From the NCBI RefSeq assembly GCF_964355755.1, contig NC_092670.1, forward strand, positions 32,662,388 through 32,726,387: a stretch of 64,000 nucleotides of DNA. Direction: 5' to 3'. The notes below the pieces were generated by a model that saw nothing but the letters and a program-made list of their open reading frames with translations, did not search any database and was not told the DNA's origin. Within the stretch, counting starts at the first letter, position 1. Every line of letters begins with the position of its first letter. This DNA is from Antedon mediterranea (taxonomy: Eukaryota > Animalia > Echinodermata). This document shows, piece by piece, positions 50,121-63,335 of the stretch. Both the position numbers and the translations under genes were made by a program.

Positions 50121-51007
50121 ACTTCTTAATAAAATTACAATAGTCTTTTATAATAAGTCCTTAATAGTGAGATGATTTTGTGCAAATAGAAGTTGACAGA
50201 CATAAGTAAGTGATCACATTTGAGTTTTTGTATACGTCACGTATTATTGATTTTTATTAAACTAAGTTTTGATTACAGAAAATAATTTGATGATCGTTGG
50301 TTCTTTCTATTTTGAATATTAGTATATTATCTATAACAGTCATTCTTTTACAATTGTACTTCGTATCAAATTATTTCTTCTTATAAAGATTCCTAATAAC
50401 AACTCGTTTCCTTTCTTATTTCTCAATTGGTTCTTTTATAAAGATAATTAATGTTCCAGCATTGATTTGTTATTTGAAATTTCTCGCACGTAAACTGAGC
50501 TAAAAAAACCAAACAAGAAAATAATTCGATGCTCTTTGTTGTCAAAAATGAATTCAGCGTTCAGTATTCAATGATTTCAATGATTATTATTTTCCTTTAT
50601 TATTGAAATCATTTAAAATAAAATGATTACACATCGTTCAATGTAAATACTGATGTCGTCTTACACAACCCCCCAAACACAACCCCCCAAACGAACACGA
50701 TTGTTTATTTTTTTAATATTACTTTTATTTACTTATTATTTGTCATTACTATTGAAATGTGTATTGCAGTGTGTCGTAATTACATTTTTTCTAAGAACAA
50801 AGGCATGTTTTCTTCTTCAAGTTTATTTTGCCAAAACAACATATTGTAAAATTAAACAAGCAACTGACTTCAAATGAATAAAATACTGTATGTATCAAGA
50901 TGAAAAAATGCATTCTTGCCGGGTAGGGACAAATTAAATATTAAGTTACTCCCGGAACCAGCAGTTCCATGATATTAACTAAAATCTATAATCATAAACA
51001 TAATATG

Positions 51008-51310
51008 AGTGAGTGGCCGAGCGGTTAAGACAGTGGAACCGCAATTACGTAGCCATAACATCGGCATGGGTTCGAGGCTCACTCACTCCATGGTTCTGGT
51101 GGTAGAACGAGTCTTCTCGGATAAGGACTATAAACCGTAGGTCCAGTGTACACATCTAGCTCGTGTGCACTTTAAAGAACCTAGTACATCTTTCGAGACG
51201 AGTAGGGGGTTACCCCGGTGTATTAGTACATCACAGCCACTGATCACCAACTGGGCCCTCTGGGAGACCAGTCTTTGACTGAAGAGGTTACCCAGTATAA
51301 ATATATATTT
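51008..51310 (+). mobile_element. tRNA-derived SINE with Deu/Nin-type core
   Basis: A-box TGGCCGAGCGG, B-box GGTTCGAGGC, and the same core as 19730-20052; the 3' tail differs. Confidence 0.82.
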
Positions 51311-53001
51311 CAATATTTCAATATTCATTAACTTAAGTGAGGCCAATCTCTCCGTTCGTCTCGCTGCTGAGGTGAGGCCTAGGCTGAGTTTACACCTTCT
51401 GATGATGATTCAATAGGCCTACTGTATAGCTTCTGGTCCAAACGCATAACCATGCCTTTTTTGGTCTAGGCCTACGATTAAACATTCCCGTTTTGATCCG
51501 TCTATTTGTCAATAACCATGCAAAACAATCTTCTTTCTCTATCTTTCGTATTACAGTACAGTATTTTATATATCGCGAGGATCCAGGAAGCGACTCGTGA
51601 GAGATCTGAGACAGAACGAGAGAGGAAGCCAGTCATAAGCAGGCGCTTGCGCAAATTGATTTAAAATGACCCACTTGGCCCAAGTGGGCATTTTTTTTAT
51701 TTACGTTAAAAAACAAAAATGAATAGGTTAACCTCTAAAATATTTGGCTTACGAATACTCTGAAAACATATTTGTATAATTTTTAGGAACTTACATCTAT
51801 TTTTTACGATTTTTTTAAAACGCATCGATGGCTTTTTTGATGTTTTTCATAATAAACATGTAGCATATTATAAGAAAGTAAAAAAATACTTGAATATAGG
51901 TGAAATTAATTATGAACTGAATAAAACAAAAAGGTGAATTTGTTTGTGTGTACCTTGTGGAGCCGTGAAATGTGCAAAAAGTCACATTTGTGCAAACATT
52001 TTACCTTCAAATGCAAATCTGTAAAAATTCATAATGTGCGAACATATCGCCGTTAAATGTAAAAACGATAAGTTTTGACGTTAAATGTGCAAAAGGTATT
52101 CTACAAATGGGCAAATCATCTCTTCAGTCAAATTCCTATTACATTTTATATTTTTTGTTCGGTCTTTCAGAGTAGAAATAACAATAGGAAAAAGAGTATA
52201 ATAAATTTAAAATGTTCAATATTATAAAAACTAATTATACTGTTGTATTTTATTATGATCAAAGGCTTTAACCCGTCTAAGCCAAATTCAAGTCGACCCC
52301 AAGTCATTTCGTCTTTAATGTCACCGGTTTCTCAAAACCGTTACAGACTAAAGATTTCAGGCCATTAATGTACTACAGACTGTTATTTTGTCGTAACAAA
52401 TTTGAAAAAAAAAAATCCTTTTTTTTTTGCAATGCAACTATTCTCGCATAATAAATTACAATTTTTTATTAATCGGCCTTACCTATCTACACATCAATAT
52501 AATCAATATTTAACTTTAGAGAGTACAACAAGTATTTTTTATGTTTAGGCCTATTATAAGGGCATTAATAACCGCTTTCAGTAGACTGGAATTAACTTGG
52601 TAGTAATGCGGAGAGACAATCGTCACCAAGTAGACACAGATGCTGTAGAAATATTAATAATTTCTGAAATGGAGACAATATATAATGTCGATTTCTAACT
52701 TGATAATATTTGTAGTTGTTCTATCATACCAGTGAAGTACGAAGAACACTTTCGATCTACTGAGATAAAGTGCGGATGATTTTCACCGCCCCAATCAAGA
52801 CAACACGAGACGCAGGTTTTTGCTATTTGGCCGTTTAGATAAATTATAAACTGTTAAACATCATAGGTGATAGCTATGTGGTGCCATTCATTAGAACCTC
52901 TAATAGTTTTCCGACAGATTACTTCTCCATTAAGAAACAAATATACATAAGTAGTATCCCTAGATCTACTTGCCATGTTTTCAATCATCCAGTCTGTCTT
53001 A

Positions 53002-55563
53002 GGGTCTGTTTCTGCTGCATAACGCAATTTAACCGGTTATTTTAAAATAGATTAAAAATAGATAACAATAACAAGACCGCGTTTCTGCTCAATTTGTGCT
53101 CCGAAATAACCGGTTAAATCTATGGGTGGTCGTCGAGCAAAACGTCATCATTACCCAAAATGCAATACACTCAGACGGAAGTAGTAAGTTGGCTGTTTGT
53201 TCACATCGACGTCGTCAGTACACACGTGTGTATATCGCCGAACATCTCAAACATGTTAAAATAATAAAATGTTGTCTACAGGTCTACAAGTTTTGTTTTT
53301 TGTAAAGCCTACTTACTGATCGCTAATAAAATTAATTCTCATGGCGCCTTCAATAACATGGGGAGGGTCGTGCAGCGCCCGATCGCCTAGGATAATTTTT
53401 ATCTAGCCTAAAATTCATCAACAAAGGCGATGATGATACGGCCCTTACCACGTGAACGACTGTTGTCTTTCGCGAGCGCGGTCCTACAAAAAAGCAAACG
53501 GAAACAAAAACGAGACTTAGAATGTTGCAATACCTACCAAACGAGAGTAGATAATTGTTAATTAATTATGATTCATGAAACCCTAACTTTTATAGCAAAA
53601 ATCGTCCGAATTTGTGTTAAAAACGACGAGTTTAGCCACAAAAACTTAAATCAAACGAGAGTATCCAAGTCATAGAATATCGCACGCACATAGTGCCTTT
53701 AATAGAATAATGAGTATTAAACATTGTTTCGCATAATATTATGTACTAACATAAATAATAACACATTTCTATGCTTAATAAAATCATATTTAATATATTA
53801 TCAAAGGCTCTCATAACCTTTGTTTTCGGTCGATGTGATGTTTTTCTAAAAAAAATTTATAAAACGATCAAATTAAGATTGTTCATTGTTCTCCTATTAA
53901 AGGCACTAAGGGCGTGCCATAAATACGCTCGTTTTTAAATTGGTGTTTTTAACCGGTTATTTTGCGCTGCCTTTTAACCGGTTACCACAAATTTGTCCTG
54001 TTTCTGCTGCCAAGAAAATGGAGTTAATTTATTCACACCAATTTTAATTTATTCACACCGATTTTAACCGGTTATTTTTAAAAAACACCAATTTAAATCG
54101 GTGTTAGAACGCCGTTTAACCGGTTATCGCTGAGCAATTCTTAGCTGCAACACGAAATAACGGTTATTTGATTGACAGTTGTGACCCCGGGTCAGATACC
54201 GTCGCATACGATGTGTGTGTTTTCCTCGTGGTTTTGACAGTCGAACGAAGAAGTGAACATGTATGTGGATGAATGAAATCACAAGATATGTTATTCAGTT
54301 GTGGGGGGAGAGAAAGTACGGGGAAGGATGGCAGGGAATAGAAAAGAATCACAGATAATAAATAAGAGCATTTTTGCGAAAGTAAAAGAGGAGTTTGGGG
54401 TGGAGTTCCGGGGACTACCCAAGCTAAGCAATTTGAGGCGTTAGTACACGCTCGCGAAGGGTATGGATGGTCCCCTATATAAACACCAAAACGGAAACAA
54501 AAGGAACTCAGAATGTTGCAAATACCTACCAAACGATAGTAGATAATGGTTAATTAATTATGAAAACCCAAATTTTATAGCAAAAATCATCCGAATTTAT
54601 GTTATAAACGATGAATTTAGCAACAAAAACTTAATCCAAACGAGCGTATTTATGGCATGCCCTTAGTGCCTTTAATAGGAGAACAATGAACATTCTTACT
54701 TTGATCGTTTTACATACTATAATTTTTTAGAAAAACATCACATCGACCGAAAACAAAGGTAATCAGAGCCTTTGATAATATATTAAATATGATTTTATTA
54801 AGCATAGAAATGTGTTATTATTTATGTTAGTACATAAATATACGAAATAATGTTCAATACTCATTATTTTATTAAAGGCACTATATGCGTGCGATATTCT
54901 ATGACTTGGATACTCTCGTTTGATTTAAGTTTTTGTGGCTAAACTCATCGTTTTTAACATAAATTCGGACGATTTTTGCTATAAAAGTTGGGTTTTCATA
55001 ATTATTTAACAATTATCTACTTTCGTTTGGTAAGTATTGCAACATTCTGAGTCTCGTTTTTGTTTCCGTTTGGTGTTTTGTAGGACCGCGCTCGCGAAAG
55101 ACAACAGTCGTTCACGTGGGAAGGGCCGTATGTCATCGCCTTTGTTGAGGATAAAAATTATCCTAGTTTAGGCGATCGGGCGCTGCACGACCCTCCCCAT
55201 CATGTTATTGAAGGCGCCATGAGAATTAATTTTATTAGCGATGTAAGTAGGCTTTACAAAAAACAAAACTTGTAGACCTGGAGACAACATTTTATTTTTT
55301 TAACATGTTTGAGTGAGATGTTCGGCGATATAATACACACGTGTGTACTCACGACGTCGATGTAAACAAACAGCCAACTTCTACTTCCGTCTGAGTGTAT
55401 TGCATTTTGGGTAATGATGACGTTTTGCTCGACGACCACCCATAGATTTAACCGGTTATTTCGGAGCACAAATTGAGCAGAAACGCGGTCTTGTTATTGT
55501 TATCTATTTTTAATCTATTTTAAAATAACCGGTTAAATTGCGTTATGCAGCAGAAACAGACCC
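53002..55563. mobile_element. PIF/Harbinger-type foldback element with ~900-bp inverted arms
   Basis: GGGTCTGTTTCTGCTGCATAACGC...GCAGCAGAAACAGACCC; TTA TSD (52999-53001 / 55564-55566); arms ~53002-53930 and ~54640-55563; repeated TTAACCGGTTA palindromes. Confidence 0.9.
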
Positions 55564-55599
55564 TTACATCCACTAGTAATCATGCTTTGTTTTACTTCG

Positions 55600-57216
55600 C
55601 AGGGGTGGCGCCAGGATCTTCCCGACGTGGGGGCTACATTCCCCGACGAGGGGGCTATGCGAGCGAAGCGAGCATCACTAGGCTGGGGGCCAGGGGGCCG
55701 CCAAGGGTGGGGTGGTGGGGTGGGGGTGGGGGTCCAGGGGGCGAAGCCCCCGGAAGCAACGCGTTCTAGCGTCATTTGAGGTCATTTTAATCAGATTTAG
55801 GGTAGCCATTTTTTCCATTTTTTATAATGTATAAATAAAATACTGCGTGCAAAAAAAACGATGCGCGATGACTGTTTCAATCCATATTTTTCAATTTAAA
55901 AAATAAAAGTTCAAAGAAAATTTTGAAAAATATAGTTGGAGGTCCCGGAAGTTGGACTTATTATACTTCAAAACATGAAACAAAATATATAAGTCCCTAT
56001 CAAGGTTGTGACTGAGCTAAGAAATGTTTGAAAAATAGAGATGTTAGGTCCCGGAAAATGGACTTCTTGTACTTCGAAATATGACCAGCTTTATTGTTGG
56101 GGCTGAGCTAAGAAACTGTTTAAAACTAGAGCTGCAGGTCTTCACTTCGGAAACATCAGGCCCAGAGGCTTAAAAAACGCAAGCGTAGACCTTTTTCAGT
56201 CGGTGAAATAAGTTTATTCCTCCCAAGTGTATGCGTGCGTACCATCTGGACTTCCGAGTGGTGAGAAATTCATGACATACAGGACATTGAAAATGTAATA
56301 ACTTAGCTATAATAAGATGTTGGCTAAGCGAAAATGGCATGTTTTTTTGTTTAGTAATGGATGAAAAATTTATTTTAGGTGCCCCACGGTACAGAAGGTT
56401 AGGCCTACTTGTAAATTAAAAAAATTGGTGAACATACGAACAATTAACGTAATTCGTTTTTGCTGTAGTGTAGCGTACGTCGACGCAGTACACGACGTAA
56501 CCGTCAGTAAACTTCGCCTGGAAAATAACTACAGTACACATTTTGGTCCCTGGATGGAACATGATATCACGCGTCTCGACCCAACGCTGAACGATTCGTA
56601 CAAAGGGATACCGCCAGACAAGTGCGAACCTAGCTATTGTTTAGTAGTAAGTTAGATCGCTGGCAATAATGAATGCATATAAAGTGCATAATATCACTCT
56701 GACGTACTCTCACGGTCAATGAAACGTCGCGGTTTTCTAGGCGCTGAAGCTAGCTACGGAGTGAACGCGAACGCTTTTTACTGTATATTATATTCCCCGA
56801 CAAAAAGTACCCGTGTTCCCTTCGGTAACCGTCGGTAAACTTCGCCTGGAAAATAACTACATTACACATTTTGGTCCCTGGATGGAACTTGATATCACGC
56901 GTCTCGACCCTACGTTGAACGATTCGTACAAAGGGATACCGCCAGACAAGTGCGTACCTAGCTAATGTTTAGTAGTAAGTTAGATCGCTGGCAATAAATG
57001 AATGCATAAAAGTGCATAATAGCTCTCTGACGTACTCTCACGGTTAATGGAACGTCGTGGTTTTCTAGGCGCTGAAGCTATATGAAGTGAACGCGAACGT
57101 TTTTTACTGTATATTATATTCCCCGACAAAAAGTACCCGTGTTCCCCGACGGGGGGGCTAGGCTCCCCGACGAGGGGGCTAGAGCCCCCGTAGCCCCCCC
57201 GCTGGCGCCACCACTG
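55600..57216 (+). mobile_element. Non-autonomous hAT-type DNA transposon, copy 2
   Basis: Same termini and body as 1710-3328; 8-bp TSD TTACTTCG (55592-55599 / 57217-57224). Confidence 0.93.
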
Positions 57217-57264
57217 TTACTTCGCTGTAGCCGACATGACAAAGAAACCAGAATGCCACACAGA

Positions 57265-57368
57265 ACAAGGCCATATAGATGGCTGCAGTCGCGTGCTGAA
57301 GGTATTGTTTACCGACCGACCAACCGACCGACATATGGAGCTGAGAGTCGCGTTGCACGCGACTAAAA
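57265..57368 (-). mobile_element. Miniature Helentron/DINE-like element inside the LamG pseudogene
   Basis: AACAAGGCCATATAGATGGCTGCAGTCGCGTG...ACCGACCGAC...GAGTCGCGTTGCACGCGACTAAAAA. Confidence 0.75.
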
Positions 57369-58727
57369 ACATTGTCTGAGATGACAAACACTGATGGCTG
57401 GTAAATCTATATGATAGCGGAAATTGTTGACCACAATTCCCGGACCATCTTGCTATGCTGTAGTAATTTTATTTGGCATCATACTATAGTCGAAATCATT
57501 ATAAAGCGAGGCTCTTCTTAATTAATTTATAATGAATCTTAAAGGTTGTCTTCGAACTGATATATTTCAACTACAAATTCAAAGTTTGTACCGCCATCAT
57601 TAAAGCGTTTGGTCGTAGTTCTTTCTACTTTGTTGGTGTTGGTCGTCGTTACTTCAGCTAGCGTCGTTTGTTCTTGCATGTTGTTGATGGTCGTTGCTTC
57701 AGCTAGCGTCGTCTGCTCTTGCATGTTGTTAATGGTCGTTGCTTCAGCTGTCTGATTCCTCTTTTGATATGTATGGCATTTAGCTTTTGATACAATTTGA
57801 ACACATAGGTATGCTTCTAATATAGTAACCAAAGTTTGGTTAACGATACAGGTTTTGTCAATTGACACGGCCTCTGGGTTTTGATAAGATCTTTCGTCTA
57901 TTACTAATCCCTACAAATAAAATAAAAATGGAGATTTGACCTAGAAATTCATCATGTCTCCTTGGAATAAAATGTGACATTTTGACAGTCAAATAGTCAA
58001 TAAAAATTAATAGCATCTCATTTTTATAAGAATTAGCAACGTATAAATTATGGTTTCAGTTAGTTCCAACCTCAACTTATTTTTTTTTCTTGCTCCTAAT
58101 TTGTGTAATTTAGGTATCTATACTTTATACATTAAGGTATCGGTAGCAACTGTACAAATCAATACAAATCAAATTTCTTCTCCAATTTTCATCAAAAAAA
58201 GATTTCATATCATCAGACTTATATCATAATAAAACATTCCTAAAACCAGTCAATCTCACACTTCCCAGATACTTTATGCTTCGGTTGACCTACTGCTGCT
58301 GTACTCTCAATATATTGGATTCGAGTTTAGTTATTATGTAATAAAGCAACTCATTTTTATAAGAATCATATTCTGATTGGAGCTAAGTTTCAACCTCAAC
58401 ATATTTGTATTCAATTGCTCCTAATTTTTATAATCTAGGTATCTACTTTATACATTACGGTATTGGTAGTAAGTGTCCAAATCATATTTCTTCTTTAAAC
58501 TTCATCGAAATAAACTGATATCATAATCATAATGTTTTTTTTGTACTTCAATTCAATTATTCGAAAAAACTTTCAAATTCCTAACCCTAAAATGAGTTTA
58601 ATATTACTTTTTCCTGATTAATGTTGTGTTGTATAAGATGTTTTATTTACATATATAGAAAAGAGATAGACAGAGTGAACCACTTTTCAATGAAGTCGAA
58701 AGTGGCTGGTTTTGATGTTACTAACAT

Positions 58728-59265
58728 TTATTTATTTATTTATTACCATCTTTACTGAGGGCAGCCTATCCAGTTCCAATAGAACTGATCATTTAGGGCC
58801 CTTGATAAAGCATACATACAGTACAACACATAAAATATTAAATATTCAAATGACATAATATAGGCCTATAAATTTACAATGATTATATAAAATTCATATA
58901 GAAGTTAAAATCGTTGACAGATAAAAAATATATATACACAGTACAAACAATATTAACTGGAAATAAATTCTTTAAGTTCACGTTTAAAGGAAATAATATT
59001 TTCAGATTGTCGAATGATTTTAGGAATCATATTAAAATACATAGGCGCTTTATAATTGAAACATTGTTTAAAAATCTCTAATGAAGGTCGAGGAATAATA
59101 TAATTACAATTAGAGATAGATATGGTTGTTGGTAGACCTCCGGGAGTCCTGGTTAACATGCAACTGATGTAATCCGGAACGGTATTGATGGTGGAAGCCC
59201 GATAGGCGAGACAACCAAGTTGAAACTGATAACGTTGATAAACGGATGATGCTTCACTATTCACT
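58728..59265 (-). mobile_element. L2/CR1-group LINE 3' end
   Basis: FKQCFNYKAPMYFNMIPKIIRQSENIISFKRELK, followed by a 3'UTR ending in (AAAT)n. Confidence 0.7.
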
Positions 59266-59368
59266 GTTTTCTGCTCTGTTCCAGATTTTCACACTACTCA
59301 CATTTTGATGTCACTAATGAAAATTACATAATAAATTATCTAATGCCATTGTTTAATCTAAATGTGCT

Positions 59369-61150
59369 TTGTTATGTATATGGCAGAAATTGAATAAATA
59401 AAAAAAAAATAAATAAAATTAAACATGATGTATACTACTGTACTCTATACATACGTTATCGGTAGTAAAGCTTGATTCCCACTAGAACGTAACGCAAGGA
59501 CGTAAACGCAACGCAAGCGTTTTAACCAATGACAAGCGAAGATAGCACTCACAAGCGAATAAGCCATCGCGTTGCTTTACGTCCTTGTGTTGCGTCGCTA
59601 GTGGGAACCACGCTTAACTGTACAAAACATGAATGTAGAATGTGGTATTGATTTAACAATAACTATACTTGGTTTCATTATTTACAAAGTACATCCAGGG
59701 TACGTTATCTGCAAAAAATATCCAGGGGACGTTATTTGCGCAAGATATCCAGGGAACATTATTTGCTTAACGTATTGCGAGATTATTATCTGTGCAAAAT
59801 ATCATAGAAACGTTACCCGCTAACTACCTATTTATCTCTCCTATTTCGATTGCCATGTTCTAACATTATTATGACAATACAATAAAAAAAATAAGCTTTG
59901 CTTGTCTCGTTTGGTTCATTGTGTGTAGTTGGTCGCTTTCTTGTCGATGCTTTTATTGTAGAACGTAATTGATTTATTTTTCTCTGTTCTGGGTTTACCA
60001 ACTAGCATAGGTGTTTAGCACCTGTTTGGTCTTTCCGTGTCTCCTTTTATAATTGTTTTGTCTTCATTGTTATGTATATGGCAGAAATTGAATAAATAAA
60101 AAAAAATTAAATTAAATTAAACATGATGTATACTACTGTACTCTATACATTACGTTATCGGTAGTAAAGCTTGATTCCCACTAGAACGTAACGCAAGAAC
60201 GTAAACGCAACGCAAGCGTTTTAACCAATGACAAGCGAAGATAGCACTCACAAGCGAATAAGCCATCGCGTTGCGTTACGTCCTTGTGTTGCGTCGCTAG
60301 TGGGAACCACGCTTAACTTTACAAAACATGAATGTAGAATGTGGTATTGATTTAACAATAACTATACTTGGTTTCATTATTCATAAAGTACATCCAGGGT
60401 ACGTTATCTGCAAAAAATATCCAGGGGACGTTATTTGCGCAAGATATCCAGGGAACATTATCTGCTTAACGTATTGCGAGATTATTATCTGGGCAAAATA
60501 TCATAGAAACGTTACCCGCTAACTACCTATCTCTCCTATTTCGATTGCCATGTTCTAACATTATTATGACAATACAATAAAAAAAATAAGCTTTGCTTGT
60601 CTCGTTTGGTTCATTGTGTGTAGTTGGTCGCTTTCTTGTCGATGCTTTTATTGTAGAACGTAATTGATTTATTTTTCTCTGTTCTGGGTTTACCAACTAG
60701 CATAGGTGTTTAGCACCTGTTTGGTCTTTCCGTGTCTCCTTTTATAATTGTTTTGTCTTCATTGTTATGTATATGGCAGAAATTGAATAAATAAAAAAAA
60801 ATAAAATTAAATTAAACATGATGTATACTACTGTACTCTATACATTACGTTATCGGTAGTAAAGCTTGATTGCCACTAGAACGTAACGCAAGGACGTAAA
60901 CGCAACGCAAGCGTTTTAACCAATGACAAGCGAAGATAGCACTCACAAGCGAATAAGCCATCGCGTTGCTTTACGTCCTTGTGTTGCGTCGCTAGTGGGA
61001 ACCACGCTTAACTGTACAAAACATGAATGTAGAATGTGGTATTGATTTAACAATAGCTATACTTGGTTTCATTATTTACAAAGTACATCCAGAGTACGTT
61101 ATCTGCGAAAAATATCCAGGGGACGTTATTTGCGCAAGATATCCAGGGAC
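59369..61150. repeat. ~695-bp tandem repeat, about 2.5 copies, each carrying a Harbinger MITE
   Basis: TTGTTATGTATATGGCAGAAATTGAATAAA at ~59369, ~60067 and ~60762. Confidence 0.9.
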
Positions 61151-61412
61151 TTTTCTAAAGATCATCTATAATCAAGATTTATCATTTTAAATTTATGAAA
61201 ACTATGATACAGGATAACTTTTAATTAATGCCCATGTAATTTGTAAAGTAATAAAACCATAATAATATATTAATAAAGAGTCAAGAGTCCACAGTTGATT
61301 GTTCAATCGTATACCTAAATGGTTGAATGATGATGAAAGGGGAAATCGTTCCCAAAACAGGCAAATAGTTCAGCCATATTCCTCTTAATATTATGATGAA
61401 CAATGGGTTTTC

Positions 61413-62923
61413 TTACGGTAAATAAGTACTGCTATATATATGTTCGATTTGGCGTCTTGTAAGGGAATGTTGAAATATTTTCAGTTCATCTATTTTGCCA
61501 TAGAAGGAGTTCTGGTCGCAATTCGGATGATCTTGTCCAATATAAATAGAAGACGTCGCAACAAGAATAGTACCCGTACAACAGCCATTGCAGTCTTGCA
61601 CCTCACTGTCTAAGTAATATAGAGCTTGATGACCATCGTACGTGATAACAGCGTGGTAAAACTTATCAAAGGTATCAACACGGCTGACGCATCTGGTATT
61701 GCTATTAAGCTGCCATGAAACAAATCTAGTTTCGTTAACCATAAATGTGCCAATGCTCCACCGACCACCGCCACATCCAGACCAATTAGTAATCACAGTT
61801 TGACTGGTAGTGTAATTAGTATCACGATAAAACCAAACACTGATGGCAAACTCTAAGCCTAGATTAACATGAAATGCTTCCAACTCGACCGATTGGTTTC
61901 CATCAAAATATACACTTTTACCGAGCACACCGTCTTCCTGTATCAATAGACTAAATAAACTGAACTGTGAATGAACAAGAACTTTTCTTTCAATTCCCAA
62001 TATCTCAAATGTGTCATTTTCAAAACCGTAATAAATAGAGATCTCAGTGGGCACCAACGTATATGTGGTGGTACTAGATTTTGTTGTATATTTGATATCA
62101 ATGGTCGATGTATCAGCTGTCTGGTTACCCTTTTTATATTTAACACATTTTCTTTCTCCTACAATTTGAACACACCGATAACCTTCCGATAATTTTAGCA
62201 ATGTTTGGTTGACGCTGGGACAGATGTCTCTAGAAACAACCGCATCTGCCTTTTGGTATGTTGAACCAATTGTTATAAATATCTACAATAAAACATTAAT
62301 ATCATTTAAAAAGACAGAATTATAGTACAGTTTTCAAATAAATTAGTATTTTACCATGTTTTATTTAAAGATGTAGTGCCTCAAAAAAACATGAAAAATA
62401 AAGTCAAACTTTAAATAGGCCATTTTGGAATTTATTTGTTATTCACTTCTGTAAAAAAAAACCCAAAACAAACCTAAAAAAATTATTTCACTTATAAAAA
62501 AACAAAAGAAACGATTTAAACAAACAATTTGAGGCCTTTTTTGCTTTTTAGATCCAGTTTTTGGTCAAAGTGAATAACTATAATTATTACGTGACATTAA
62601 AATGAGATATTAAAAAAAAAAATTGAAAAACAAGGCCATATACTGTACATGGCTGCAGTCGCGTGCTCATTGAGTTAGTGTTTACCGACCGACCGACCGA
62701 CCGACCATCCGACCGACATACTAGTAGTGAGATGTAGAGTCGCGTTTCAGGCGACTAAAAACCCCAACATTTAGGGGGACAATTTGTTCAACATTTAAAA
62801 GATCATTTTTATATTATTGAACAATATTTATAACTAAAATATCCGTAAAATTAGATTTTAACTTACCCAAACGATGGAATATAAGATTGCACAATTGGAC
62901 AAATTAATCTTAGCACAAAACAT
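61413..62923 (-). CDS. Probably secreted LamG-like protein, paralog 3
   Basis: Predicted exon 1 62867-62923 (MFCAKINLSNCAILYSIVW, GTAAGT donor, phase 0) and exon 2 61413-62282. Shares VNQTLxxLSEGYxCVQIVG with paralog 1; motifs YYGFEN, FAISVWF, FYHAVITYDG, FYGKIDELKIFQHSLTRRQI. Confidence 0.8.
62629..62761 (-). mobile_element. Miniature Helentron/DINE-like element in the intron of LamG paralog 3
   Basis: Same termini and (CCGA)n tract as 57265-57368. Confidence 0.72.
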
Positions 62924-63335
62924 ACTTGTGTTTGTCTGGTGATACAGTGTTGTATGTATATGTCACTAGCAATCATGCATCGATTCAATGGCCTGTTTAC
63001 CGCTTCTGCTCGAATTTCACACTAATCAAATTTTGCTTCCTTGATATAATTTGGATGTTACTAATTAAACGTTTAGATTAATAAATACATTATCTAAACA
63101 TATTGCTATTTCTAAATAAAAGTTTTGATTGTGTTTTAATAAAAAGTAATTAGTTTCAGTATTTACATTGTGCAATAATATTATATAGTAGAACGTTGAG
63201 TGTACCCTTGTCATTTGGTTGGTTAATTTCATATCACGTTCCGTTTAGTATTATAATTTAGAATTTAAAAGTTCTAGAATGCGGAGAACTTTACATTAAG
63301 TGTGTCAATTGTGCTCGGCTATGTCAGAAATATAA

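Larger units (their letters stand above)
52620..57910 (-). pseudogene. LamG-like paralog 2, disrupted by three transposon insertions and in-frame stops
   Basis: Exon start GLVIDERSYQNPEAVSIDKTCIVNQTLV at 57910. Removing the inserts at ~57265-57368, 55600-57216 and 53002-55563 rejoins VAFWFLCHVGYSEVKQSMITSGCKTDWMIE...EWHHIAITYDV*QFIIYLNGQIAKTCVSCCL...FTGMIEQL, which is homologous to paralog 1. Confidence 0.85.
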
